Part shown: piece after piece, positions 1 through 12,119 of the stretch | Position numbering within the stretch: position 1 is the first letter of the stretch | How the letters are laid out: each line of letters begins with the position of its first letter | Assembly: GCA_002269645.1 (NCBI GenBank) | Contig: NIVC01000139.1 | Location: 62,001 to 126,000, forward strand | DNA: 64,000 nucleotides | Source: Macrostomum lignano | Lineage: Eukaryota | Direction of reading: 5' to 3' | The notes under the pieces: model-generated | What the model was told of the DNA's origin: nothing | What the model saw: the letters and a program-made list of their open reading frames with translations, nothing else | Database searches by the model: none | Position numbers and translations under genes: made by a program

Positions 1-125
1 CTCGTTCACACCGCCATTAAACAAACCATCAAATCACAAATTGATTTACAAAGCAACCAAAAAGTATTATAAGCTGTGCGATCACGCTAAAATTGTCTTC
101 ATCTGATTGCGGTGTGAACGAGCCT
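1..125. mobile_element. Small MITE-like inverted repeat, probably Harbinger-type; left end clipped
   Basis: ctcgttcacaccgc (1-14) is the reverse complement of gcggtgtgaacgag (109-122). Confidence 0.4.
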
Positions 126-1067
126 TTAGACTCATACTGAATAAGTTTAGACTGCGTTGAGAAGAAGTTCTAGATAATAAGGATAACGTATCAAAATTGA
201 AAACGATCTGCTTCTTCCTAAGAAAAATTAGTTGTCAACTATTAGACAGATTTTTATAAAACAACATTTTGCTAAGCCACTAAAATACGACCCATTTAAA
301 TTTGATAGCTCGTAGCTCTCCAGAAAACCAATCAAAGCATACAATCCAAAACCCCATAGTAGCTCCTCCAAGCACCAAAAATAGCTCGTAGTTCAGCTGC
401 ACTAGAGACCGGCTAGAGCCAATCACATCTGCCCGAACCGACCTATTCGTACCAATCCTTAGGTTGAATACGCCAAGGAGGGACGAGATTTTCATTGTTC
501 GTTTGGGCCATAGGTCGGTAAAGTGCATGCCATAAGTGTTTACTTTTTAGCATCTCACACTTATTCGCCCTAACTTAATAGCATACCCATTAATTTAACC
601 ATATATATTGCACCACTAGTCAAGTCGTTCTTTTTTCTTACTTGGCCTTGTCAGATATAGGTGAGCTGCCGAAATGTTTTTGGGTCGTTCAGATCATTTT
701 TATCTCTGGTTTGTAACTCTGGTGCTAATTCTACCCAGAAGAGTAGTTTGAAAACTTCTTGTTCTGGTGATCCATTAAGATGCCATTTAACACAGTTTTG
801 AAAAATCGTCTACGATTTAAAAAAAGCTTTGACGCATGAATATTCTTTACTTAACACCAAGTTGCAAACAGGATAAAATTTGTTTATCAACTTAACGTGG
901 GAAGCTAGGAAGGATTATTCCAGGTATTCAGTTGTGCGTACTTGAATAACTAAATTACAAGGTCAACTAGCTTAAAGACAAAATAACTCACTGAAAATCA
1001 CTATGAATGCTGTGAAAATTATTCAGTAAAATCTCTAGCTATACACAAAATATTGAGTTTTGCTTAC

Positions 1068-2533
1068 CTATTCAGCTGGTCAGCTTCCTCTGCGAGTAGT
1101 GGCAGAGGCTCCGACTGTCCGTTCCAACCCCCAGTCGGCGCATACGGCAAGTGCCAGGAAATCTCCACGTCAACGGTGCCGCTTGGCCGTCCATTGGGAT
1201 CAAGTAGCTGGTAAGTTCCATGAAGCATCTTGTTTTGGCTCAGGCTCACAAGGTCCACCTTGGCAACGCCGAGATAAGCGCTCTCATCTGGGTCGGCTTC
1301 GTCAATAACCCAGACAGCGAGCTGTGCAGTGCGCAAGTATTTGTCCAGAGCTGGTCCCGGCGGCAACTCCAAGCGCTGATGGAAGTGAAACTCGGGCTCG
1401 CATGAGTTTGGAATGGCTGGTGACAGCGCATCCTCGCAGCTAAAGAACTTGTAAGAGCAATAAGGACTTGGTTGTACACCAGGTCGTCTTGCTTTCAGAT
1501 CTCGACAGCGAACCACTTTCACATCGAGCAAATGTGCACCTCCAGCTTCCCGTCGCTGGTCAGCAGACGTGTCTAGAGCCCGGAGACCATCGGCAGCGGC
1601 CTGCTGATTGGCTGACATGTAGCCAAGCGCCTTTGCCCGCTCTCTGTACAGCCGCATGGCCTGCTCCATTGGCACCCTCATGCGCATCCGGTATTCCACA
1701 ACTCCTACGGGATTGCCGGTCTCAGACAGAAGGGTTGCCTGTCCAAGCACAGGAACTGTGGGCTGTGACTCGAGCAGCTCACGCACTGATATTCTGCACG
1801 CTGCTATCGATTTGTATTCCATTCCGTGAGCCTGAAAGAGCTCCAGCTTCATTTTTTCTTTATTCACGTAATGTAGAAAAGAGTCATCGACCTTAACAAC
1901 ATACTGAACTGTCTTGTCAAAGTCAGGATCGTTGCTTTGAATTACCTCAGTGGTTTGCATTTCGCAAGTGTAAAAAGCCCAGGTGCAAAATAACGCTGGC
2001 TCTGGGTCCCCCAGAAGCTGCAAACCCTCCTCTGTCAGCAATAGGTGACCAATGTGAATCTCCACCAGGTTTTCTCCGCTCTGCAGGCGAACTTGAGATG
2101 TCTCAGCTTCCTCCGCTTCATTCAGACTGGAAGTAGCGATAGAAAACTGTCGCGTGCCGTAGGCGACGTCTCGAAGCTGCCGCTCTAGCTTCCGGATCCT
2201 TGCAGCTCGAATGTCAAGCAACTTGCTGCACTCAGCCATCTTGGAATCTCTGTCTACTTTAATTTCTTCAAGCTGGCGCTCCGTTAGACTGTAGCTCTCC
2301 TTTATATCTAGGTTTATACGGTACTGCGCCTCCAAAAGTTGTCGCGTCTTCTCTAGCTCCTGGATCGTGTCTGCATGCGCAGCCTCCACCTCCCGTAGTT
2401 GCCTCTTGGGTGAATCCTCTACCGAGCCCGTTTGGTGCAGAAAGTCTGGTTTGGTTGCTGGCTCGTTACCCTGTCGACGCTGCTTTACGATCAGAAGCGC
2501 TTCCTCCATCTCGTTCGCATCTCCTGCACTTTC
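1068..2533 (-). CDS. RPGRIP1L: RPGRIP1L large exon (C2-C2_1 and C2 domains); gene continues left of the window
   Basis: ESAGDANEMEEALLIVK, ELEKTRQLL, SKLLDIRAARIRKLERQLRDVAYGT and GENLVEIHI...FCTWAFY are hallmark RPGRIP1/RPGRIP1L motifs. Acceptor tttcag| at 2534; donor AG|gtaagc at 1067. Confidence 0.93.
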
Positions 2534-3566
2534 CTGAAAGTTAATGTGCAAGGACTTTAATCAACTCATCTGACCCTAAACTTGGGCAAAACCTAAACTT
2601 ACTTCGTAGAATTTGTATTTCCCACTCAATTTGGTCCTGCTAGCAGTCAACTTAGTTCTGCATGTTAAAACTACACGAAGTCTGAGTCTTTGAGGTTCTA
2701 TGTCCAATGCTGTCTAATCGTTCCAATCGATTTGATCCCGCGAGTAGTCAATTTCGCACAAGCCGTTTAAAATATATGTTCATCAGTCGTCCCGCATCTC
2801 TCATTTAAAAAACAATGCAACACAAGGCAAGACCGCAAGATAAGACAAGACCCAGCGAGACAACTTAGTGAGGAACAGCGAACAGAGGAGAAGCCTTCGA
2901 GCTTCGAAAAAGCCTCTTTTACTTATTAAATGAAAAAAATAGCAAAAAAATCTTCTGTTGGCAGCTTGGCTTGTCTATATTACGAACAACCTCATTTTGT
3001 GCGTGGCCTCATGAGGTAAAAGTGGAAAACTCGTTTCCAGTCCCAGATGCTAATTATATAGAGTTCGATCTGTGGGCTGCGTGCGCTTTTTCCCTTTATG
3101 ACTACACCATAAAGTGCATGTTGACTGTCTAAATTGGACGTCACTTTGACGAGAGTGAATCGGAGTTTCAATAGGTCTGGACCATAGACTTTTGATATGA
3201 AATGGACTTTGCCGAAAGTGGAAGTGAAGTTTTTAATATTTTAGACATGTGCCTATATCTGTAGTGCAATTTCGTTTTCCAACATTTCAGTTTGCTTTGG
3301 TGCAAAGCTATCCGTACAGAAAGGAGATTCTGATCGTACACTGCTTTAATGAACAGCTGTAAAAATTTGGTACAAATTTGACCACAGGGAAGCATTTTCT
3401 TGAGGTTAGAATTGAACTTCACTTTCAGTTGTCGATGATGAAAGGGAGTTTGCCTGAAGTGGATGTAGTTTCAGAGATGCTAAGCTTGAAGTGTCGAAGA
3501 TGAAGTTCCCTTTGTCGAAAGAGGAACTGAGTTTGAATGAAAATGGAGGTAAAATGGTGTAATATA

Positions 3567-4333
3567 CCTTTTAACAATTTTTGGACATAAGTGAATTAAT
3601 TTTATTTAGTCTTTGGCCAGCTCAGTCCTCGAAAAGTGAGTTTGATTTACACAGCACTCGGGGTTTACCATAGACTATAGTAAAGAAATGAAATCGATTT
3701 AGTCAAGTGCCACGGATTTAAAACCTTCCATGACTTGATTTTAGTCAAAGTGAATTTCATTTAGTCATCATGGCGGCAGCTGCAGGCATTCACAGAGTCA
3801 CTATCTCTGAGCAGGACCGGCGAAGACTCATCGACGCCTTTATTGACAATGCCGATTGGCAGCAACTAGCGAGACAGCTAAACATCCCACGTCAGTCTGA
3901 CAGAAATGTTATCGTTAAATACGAGCAAAGTCGAAGCGTTCAGGTCTCAAGACGAGGAGGAAATAAGCCAAAAGCCTGGCATCGGGAGAGCCTCTGGTAC
4001 ATACCCATGGTATTGCCATGCCATGGAAGACATCGTTGATTGAATTGAAAAGTGAAGCGTCGTAACAAGAATTTTTTGTGTCTGTGTTCGTTTTTGTTGT
4101 TCTTGTTTAACTACTCGTAACTTCTGAAAGCTACAACGACTAAATAAAATTCACTTTGACTTAATAAAAGTTACGAAAGACGGATTTAGAGGAACTTGAC
4201 TAAATTGATTTCATTTCTTTACTATATAGTCTATGGTAAACCCTAAGTGCTGACTAAATCAAACTCACTTTTCTAGGACTGAGCTGGCCAAAGACTAAAT
4301 AAACTTCATGATTGTCCAAAAAATTGTTAAAGG
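3567..4333 (+). mobile_element. Internally deleted IS630-Tc1-mariner-type element with about 200-bp TIRs
   Basis: About 3567-3765 is inverted at about 4138-4333, with TA flanks. The internal ORF 3770-4039 (ISEQDRRRLIDAF...WQQLARQLNI...RRGGNKPK) is homologous to the HTH N-terminus of the neighbouring transposase. Confidence 0.8.
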
Positions 4334-4358
4334 TAGAATATATATAGTATATACTATA

Positions 4359-6013
4359 TCTTTTCAACTTCGGATTCGTCAAATGTGAGTTCAAATAGTT
4401 GAATAGCTTTAGTTATATAGATTCGTCAGCGTATGCAAAACTATATAGTGCTCAAGGGGAAGAGAATGAGTGCCTATGGTATATTTTTAGAGAAAGTGAC
4501 TTCGAATTCGTCTAAGTAAGTGAAATTCATCAGTGCAAACTGCGTGTACTGTCAAAAATGAAAGCACAAAAGCAACAGAACAAACAGAACAGGAAAGCAG
4601 ACTTTAAAATCGCAAAAGGACTTTATCAGTAACTAAATTCAGTCAATCCAAAATGTCTGCGTGGGCCAGACGGCGCGGTCCGTAACGAAGTGTGAATTTA
4701 TGCCATTTTCGGCATTTCTCCTCCGTGATCGCAACCATTGCAGCTTCCACTTCTCGACTGAAAATGCGAAGACGCCGGTTCTGCAGGGTCTCACCTGCTG
4801 CTACAGCCGCCTGACGATCCTGAACTTCAAAGACAACTTGAGGGTCAGTCATGCGCTGTTTCAGGGCCACCTTCATGCAAGAAATTGCCATTTCAGTGGC
4901 GTTCAAGAAAGGCGAAAAAGGTGGCAAGAACTGAAGCCTCTGGTCAGGACGCTCGAAATTCACAACTCCGTGTGCTCTGGCATTGTCAGCAAGTGCCGTG
5001 AATTCATCATCAACAAGAGTCCCGACTTCAATCATAAACTCATGAAACCTCTCTGCTGTAAAGCCACCCACAAAGATGTGGTGGTGGACCAGTCCCAACT
5101 GCGGGCTAACAGCGAGCGCTACCGTCAGATTCTGCCCACGCTGCGCATTAGCAATCATTACTGCGCGATCGCCAAAATCCGCCCATCCTTTAGTTCGTGC
5201 CATCCACAGGTTGCACCCACACTCGTCTACGTAGATTAAATTCCTTACAAGCAGGCCGGTCTCAAGCATCCAGGTCATGTGTAGAAATCTAGCCTTTTTT
5301 GTCACGCCACTGTTCCAATCTCCATGAACTCGTCGTACATCCTTCAATGTAACGCACAAAGTCCCGTCAAGCCGACGACTGATTGTCTGCGTTGTCACAG
5401 CAGGAGCAGCAGGAAAATCTGCAACAAGCTTTTGCTGCATTTCTTTGAGGGTCACAGTCGGCTTCTCTTCTACATACCTCGTCAACGCCCCGAGCATCTC
5501 CTCAGAAAACTTCGGTCTCACTGCACCTCCACGCGCATTAAGAACAATCCTACCCTCATTAACATATCTCCCGATGATGTCACTAGCAGTTGTCCTCTTG
5601 ATATCCAGTTCAATTGCGAGTTGTCTCCAGTCTCGTCCTTGTTGAAAACATCTCACGAGTCTAGAGCGATCCACAGACGAAATTCTCATGTAGGGCATCT
5701 CTGACAGCAATCAAAGCATGAAATGAAGATTTCAAGAAATGGGGCTACTTTTCCACAGACGAACTTCACTCACTTTCTTACTTAAATTTACCATAGACAC
5801 TTTCTTTTCTAACCATGGACAAAGCAAACACTTTTTCTGATCAGGCTGTATTTGCACTGACGAATTTCACTTATGCTCGTACTTAGACGAATTCGAAGTC
5901 ACATTCTCTAAAAATTTACCATAGACACTCATTCTCTTCCCCTTGAGCGCTATATAGTTTTGCATACGCTGACGAATTTGAACTCACTTTTGACGAATCC
6001 GAAGTTGAAAAGG
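4359..6013 (-). mobile_element. Near-full-length IS630-Tc1-type DNA transposon
   Basis: About 170-bp TIRs (cttttcaacttcggattcgtcaa ... ttgacgaatccgaagttgaaaag), TA-flanked, enclosing transposase ORF 4643-5710. Confidence 0.88.
4643..5710 (-). CDS. IS630-Tc1 family DDE transposase, 355 aa
   Basis: N-terminal HTH, then IYVDECG (D1), ADNARAH (D2) and FLPPFSPFLNATE (E). Confidence 0.85.
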   Translation of the reverse strand: MLSEMPYMRISSVDRSRLVRCFQQGRDWRQLAIELDIKRTTASDIIGRYVNEGRIVLNARGGAVRPKFSEEMLGALTRYVEEKPTVTLKEMQQKLVADFPAAPAVTTQTISRRLDGTLCVTLKDVRRVHGDWNSGVTKKARFLHMTWMLETGLLVRNLIYVDECGCNLWMARTKGWADFGDRAVMIANAQRGQNLTVALAVSPQLGLVHHHIFVGGFTAERFHEFMIEVGTLVDDEFTALADNARAHGVVNFERPDQRLQFLPPFSPFLNATEMAISCMKVALKQRMTDPQVVFEVQDRQAAVAAGETLQNRRLRIFSREVEAAMVAITEEKCRKWHKFTLRYGPRRLAHADILD

Positions 6014-6015
6014 TA

Positions 6016-7597
6016 TATAATATAGTATTGGTTTTTTCATGCTAAGTGAGACATTTTTCAAGCAATCTGAGACTGAATAGCAAAAACACTATTGTCTATG
6101 GCCACCCCTCGCTGCAGCCCAGCTTTTTGGGCGCGCTTTGCAAGTAAAGTGAGACATTTTTTCAAGCTAAGTGAGAACCATATTGAAAAAAGGGGTGGTT
6201 TTACGAAATTACAAAATGATGTACTGTCGGAAACTATATATTTAGAAAAGGATACGCAGGAACACAACAAAACAAGCGGTACAAAAATTGTTGATAATGT
6301 TATAAGCGTTCAAATAAAGGGTTGCATGTTGATACACTGAGCAAACTTTCGAGTGCAGTGGAGCTCCCAGCCTGCGATCTTGTGCGGAGTAATGACATGC
6401 AGCGATTCTCTTCCAAGCCGATCCATCAGCATGTATCGCCAATCATCTCGTGTCATGCCTGGTGGGCAACCGTTTTCCTCAGCCACGATTGCGGGCTCTA
6501 CAAGGCGACGCTTAATCTCACTCTTAAGAGCGCTGTGCGCCATCTCCACGGGATTCAAAAACGGCGAGTACGCCGGTAAGATTTGCAGACGAATGAGATC
6601 CTCAAACTGCTCAGGTATCTCAATCCCTTGGTGAAAATTTGGACCATCGAAAATGAGAATAACTCGTCTGCCAGGAGCATCGGCCTGTATGATGTTAGCC
6701 AGTTCCAAAATAAACTGCTGAAATCTCTCTCGTGTCTGACCACCTCGCTGCAGCGTACAGTGGACAAGACCCAGTTCAGATGACACTGCTAAGCACATCG
6801 TCATGTTGGGACCCCTCTGCGTTACCACCGTTCGTCGCACAGGCTGGCCAACTCTTGCTCGACCCTGCGTCCTTCTCGTCCATAGATTGTAGCCAGTCTC
6901 ATCGATAAACACAGCCAGGTCATTCACAGCCAGTCCCGTCATCATCATAGCATAGTCGCGCCTCGCTTGTATCACATCCTGTGTATTCGCAGCAAGCCTC
7001 ACGTCGGCATCCTTGGTGGCGACTTTCAGTGAGATAAGCATGGAGTTCATCGCTCTAGCAATGGTGGATTCAAAGATAGCCGGCTTTTGTGGCAACTCCA
7101 AAGTCAGTTTTCTGTGCACATCCGTCAGAGTAACATAGGGATTTTGCTCAACTATCTGCTCAACGGCGTTCCGCATTTCAGCATCCATTTTTGTTGACCC
7201 CGGCTTGCGGCCACCGCGTTGCAACGCATGGAATTCACCAGTAGCTGCGTAGCGACTCCATATCCGATTCTGGATATGGAGCCGTGATAGGCCGTCTTCT
7301 TGTTCAGATTAAGGATTTTGGACGCAGTCGAAATTGAGTAATCATCTTCGACGGAATTGACCAGGCGCTCTCTATCCTCGTTGCTTGTTAGACGCAGTTG
7401 ATTTGCCGTAGCCCAGCCTTTGTTTTCAAAATGGTTCTCACTTAGCTTGAAAAAAATGTCTCACTTTGCTTGCAAGGCGATCCCAAAAAGCTGGGCTGCA
7501 GCGAGAGGTGGCCATAGACAATAGTGTTTTTGCTATTCAGTCTCAGATTGCTTAAAAAATGTCTCACTTCGCATGCAAAAACCAATATATGTTATTA
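6016..7597 (-). mobile_element. IS630-Tc1-type DNA transposon with frameshifted N-terminus
   Basis: About 160-bp TIRs (about 6025-6190 vs about 7425-7590). ORF 6310-7224 has VFIDETGYNLW, IFDGPNFH and ILPAYSPFLNPVE. The HTH upstream (SNEDRERLVNS...) is displaced by a 20-nt insertion at 7266-7285. Ends are approximate. Confidence 0.85.
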
Positions 7598-7806
7598 CCC
7601 AGGCTTTAAGGGCGATAATGGGAAAGCCAGTGGGATCCATACTGTGATTGTACCATAGACTATTTGGCTGAGTTATACGAGCGCATGAGCTGTAGCTCGT
7701 ATTGATGAATATGGGCATGGGGTATGGGTCTCACCCATAGACATAATGTTTTAATGAGTAACTATACAGTTTAATTATAAGAGAGAATTGAGAAGCGAGA
7801 CTACCG

Positions 7807-10800
7807 CATGGATAAATAAAACCGTGAATTGCTCGTCTGACTTAAATTTAGGGGTGCAATTTTGCCTCGCGAAGCCCCCGTTTGCTACCGATTGGCTACT
7901 GAAGATTCCTTAGTTGTCTATAGTAAAAACTTTGTAAGCTGCAGTGCTGATTCATACACCATTTTACCCTCGATTTTGAACAAGGAGAACTTCGAAACTG
8001 ACAAACTCCTCTTCAATATTGACACTCTATGGTCGGGAACTCAAAATCTACAATCAATATTGACAGATCAAGCTTCAATTTCGACAAACTCTGGTTCAAT
8101 TTTGACAATGCACGTTTAGTCAACTTCTTCTAGAAAATTCGGTAACAAAGTAATCCAATGAAAGCCTGAACGGTGCTGAAGTGATCTGTGCAAAATCAGC
8201 TCATTTTGACCTTGCTTTTGGGATCTACAAGTAATGCTAAAGTTTATTTTTCTCCATCCTTTAACACACACAGTCTAAAATACTGTGGCCAGAAGGGGCA
8301 ACGCGTGACAGTGTGCCTGGCAGTGAGCCCAAACCTGGGAGTTGTGCACTACCAATGCTACAATAGAGGAATGACAAAAGAACGATTCGGCGAATTTCTT
8401 TCAATTGCCATCGGCAACTATCAGCAGGTGCACCCGGATCAGCCCTGTAGCCTCGTGATTGACAACGTCAGCAGTCACAATGAGGCGGAAGACTATGCGC
8501 TGCCTGGACTGGCTATTTTAGACTGTGTGTGTTAAAGGATGGAGAAAAATAAACTTTAGCATTACTTGTAGATCCCAAAAGCAAGGTCAAAATGAGCTGA
8601 TTTTGCACAGATCACTTCAGCACCGTTCAGGCTTTCATTGGATTACTTTATTACCGAATTTTCTAGGAGAAGTTGACTAAACGTGCATTGTCAAAATTGA
8701 ACCAGAGTTTGTCAAAATTGAAGCTTGATCTGTCAATATTGATTGTAGATTTTGAGTTCCCGACCATAGAGTGTCAATATTGAAGAGGAGTTTGTCAGTT
8801 TCGAAGTTCTCCTTGTTCAAAATCGAGGGTAAATGGTGTAGTAAACCCTTCCTGAGAGCTGTCAATTTGTCGAGTCCGTATTTCCATCAAGCAGTGGTCT
8901 GCAGATGGCTGCAAGGATTAAAAGAAGCTGTTAGGCCAAATCGTGCACATCAAATTCGAAAATTTAAACAACTGCGATGGCCTGTCTTTATTTGCATATC
9001 CTGCCAAAGATGCACCGAGACTGGCTATTTGGCTCGAAAACGTTGAAACAGATCGAGAATTCGCACCGACATCTAACAAGTACCTATGTGAGCTCCATTT
9101 CAAGAACGAAGATTTTCTTACTTTGGCACAGGGTAGCCAAGCTCCTAGTAAGGGTATAGAAAAAGATTGAGACCGGGAGCGGTTCCGAAATATGAATGTC
9201 CCGATCCTCCGGTCCTGCAGCGCTTTGATGCTGAAGACCCAGTTGAACCAACACGGAGATCTCGCATTGGTAAACGAAGCTTGAAACCTGATTCAAGCAA
9301 AAGAAGCCTTATTCTATCCAGAAAGCGATGCAACAGAGAAACAGTTTTGGTATTCAGACGTTAAATAGCTTCTGGCGTATAATAGCTTCTATATTCTATC
9401 AATTTTATCTTTTAGAGCTGCGTTCCGTGCAATCACTTTGCATAGGACAAGCGCATTGGGCTCGACAGCGCTTTCGACTTAGTTTGCCACCAGATCTGAA
9501 CTGCTCATCTCGGAATCAGCAAACTGCCAGCCGCTAGACACAGACTTTCCGGAGCTACCTAACCGCCAAGTTTTAGGTTTGATTGGTGACAATATTTCGG
9601 ACTATATCTCTGGATTTGTTGGCTCAAAGCTGATTGCGCGCCTCAAATGTCGAATTCGTCGCCGTTCTCTTGTCAGCGATGAGCATTTGTTAGCGCTTAC
9701 TAGCGTAAAAGACCGAGGTGGCCTATCTAAACCGTCAGCAGATCTTTTTCGCCTGGCACGCATTTGCGAGGGCCAGATTCCAGGTTCGCAGCAGTGCATT
9801 CCATCGTCAGCACAGGTGGAGCTCTTGCTGACACGCTCAATAGCTGAAGCTTTTTCTGCTGGCCTATTCAGCCAGCTTGGTTGTGAGCAGGCTAGAGATG
9901 AAAATCACCGATACTTCTTGATTCTTGAGTGCTGCTCGAAGTACATCAGTGTTTGTATATTTCATCAATGCAAACAGTTGAACATGTGCAAGGCCGTGTC
10001 TGTATGACAGATCCTCACGAAGAAGATATTATTCATGGGCCAGTAACCAACCTACTGAGGAAAACTGTCCTGTGTAACTATTTATTTTATTTTTTATATT
10101 TTAGCTATTCCTACATATTTCTATTTTCTTGTAATGAATTTATTGCTATGGTTTATTTAAAAGTGAATGTACTTACAAACAAATACTCATGAATTGTCTC
10201 TCTCCATATCATAACACTATATAGCAATTTAATGCGAAGATACATTTCACTTAGCTATAAATTGTTTTAAACCACTTTAAAGCTCACTTTCAGGGAGGTT
10301 ATTGACATAGATTTTATTTTGCGGGATTTAATCGATCACTTTCCCGGACATATTGCAAGGATTATTGCAAATTTATTCGGCAAAAAACTTCAGCCATAGA
10401 CAACAAGCAAACAAGTAGGCATACTAGTATGAATTCTCTGAAACTCTTGTAAGAAATAATAATGCAATAACAGCAATAACACTAATAATGATAATATTGC
10501 ACGGACTTAGCTCATAAGAGTTATCGTTAGTGAGCTTTTGCTCACACCCCCATCCCCAACTTCAACCATAGACATACAAGTATGGCTGCGGGATTTATCT
10601 GAATACATCCCACAAAATTAAAGCAGTTTAAATAAGATGTTCTATGGGTTTTTCGGTCGGTAGTTCACTTAAATCCCTCGAGCCATATCTTATACATATA
10701 GGAGACTCGTCTTTCCATGCATAAGCACTGCATCTTACAACGTTTTTACCATAGACAACTAAGAAATGTTCAGTAGCCAATCGGGGGCTTCGGGGGCTTC

Positions 10801-10864
10801 GCGAGGCAAAATTGCACCCCTGAATTTAAGGCAGACGAGCAATCCATGGTTTTATTCATCCGCG
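7807..10864 (+). mobile_element. Internally deleted P-element (THAP9-like)
   Basis: 8-bp TSD GACTACCG at 7799-7806 and 10865-10872; terminus CATGGATAAATAAAACC; about 150-bp TIRs. THAP finger remnant at 8905-9170 (SC*AKSC...LFAYP..D..R..W...LCELHF) and P-transposase C-terminal remnant at 9579-10007 (YISGFVGSKL...RGGLSKPS). The catalytic core is missing. Confidence 0.85.
7958..8838 (+). mobile_element. IS630-Tc1-derived foldback MITE nested in the P-element
   Basis: TA|CACCATTT...AAATGGTG|TA, with about 320-bp near-perfect TIRs. The central 8281-8515 encodes a transposase fragment (GQRVTVCLAVSPNLG...MTKERF...LVIDNVSSH). Confidence 0.85.
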
Positions 10865-11219
10865 GACTACCGTCATATTCCAAATTCACAATTTTGAACT
10901 ACAAAATAATTGCAGAGAAAGAAATTTACGGCCTCTCATTGGACGAACTTCAATTTGTGACAACGCTTAGCGTTGGACGGTGCGATGAAGAAGCTGTCTC
11001 TCAGTTCACGGGACTGCCAGTACCAGGCGAAAACGATTGATACTTTTCTGGCTGAAGTGTCCATACGAGCGTATATGGGGCTTTTACTGGATGAAATTGC
11101 CAAGATGGAGGACATGCTGAGTCTGCTCTGAGTAAAGGCGAGCTTAAAAACACGCAGATATTTACAAGTTCTGTAAAAGCTTGTTATTAAAATATGTTAC
11201 CTGTGCAAAAAAAAGCCAC

Positions 11220-11448
11220 CTTCTGACGCAGGCTCTCATTTTGCTCCTGTAGTTCGAAACACTTGATCCTCAAAGCGCTCAGCTCCCTTTCAACCTCCTC
11301 GCCGCGGTTTCGTTCTTCTTCCAGCCGGTCCAGAAACTGTCCCTTCTCATTAACGTCTCGGTGACCCACAGCCTCCAGCTTCTTCAGTTGCGCCTGCAGC
11401 GCTGCCTCTCTGGCCTGCCATTGGCGCTCCCGCTCGACATCGAAGGCG
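11220..11448 (-). CDS. RPGRIP1L: RPGRIP1L coding exon 4
   Basis: Acceptor catcatcag|C completes Ser; reads SAFDVERERQWQAREAALQAQLKKLE...FLDRLEEER, matching the RPGRIP1L SAF..EEQW..KE..LK.QIAQLE segment. The donor is at 11219 or 11200 (see findings). Confidence 0.8.
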
Positions 11449-12119
11449 CTGATGATGTGACAAGGGCTTCATTAGTCAAAATAGCGTAAAAAATCCTAAA
11501 TTTTTCCTCTCTTTTGATTCTGAATTTTTGTTCACTTCGTATTTATTATATATTTAATACAATTTATTTTTGTTAATTTCCTAAATCACTTATGTTAATA
11601 ATAAAAAATGATCATAAAATTGTATACCAAACGTACTAGCTACCTTTAAAATTCGCTGACTCAAAGAATTTTTCATTTTTCCGAGATCCAACAGATGGCA
11701 AAAACTTGTCTTCACCTTTTGGTGTCAAGCTATCTCACACAATCACTTTAATTTTTCCTAGATATCGATTGCTAACTTGATTGCTAAAGTAATTTTGCAA
11801 GACAATTTGAAAATTTATCGTCTTATTTTCCTGAGTTTTGTTTTCAGCATTGAGAACCACCGTAGTCAAGTTCTTGCTTCATGATCAGCTGGTTGGAATG
11901 ACAGTCGGACAAGGACTACTTAACAACTCAGGACGTTGCACTCGCGAATGGTAGAAATTCTAGAAAAGGCCGCTTGCTTTAGCTGTGTCTATGGTTTTTC
12001 AATGAGCCTTTTCGATAAAGAAGCAAGTGCTACTAGTAATATATCTAGTAATAGATATATTATATCTAGTAATAATTTTATTTTGCGCTATAAAATTTAT
12101 TGTTACAATTATACAAATA

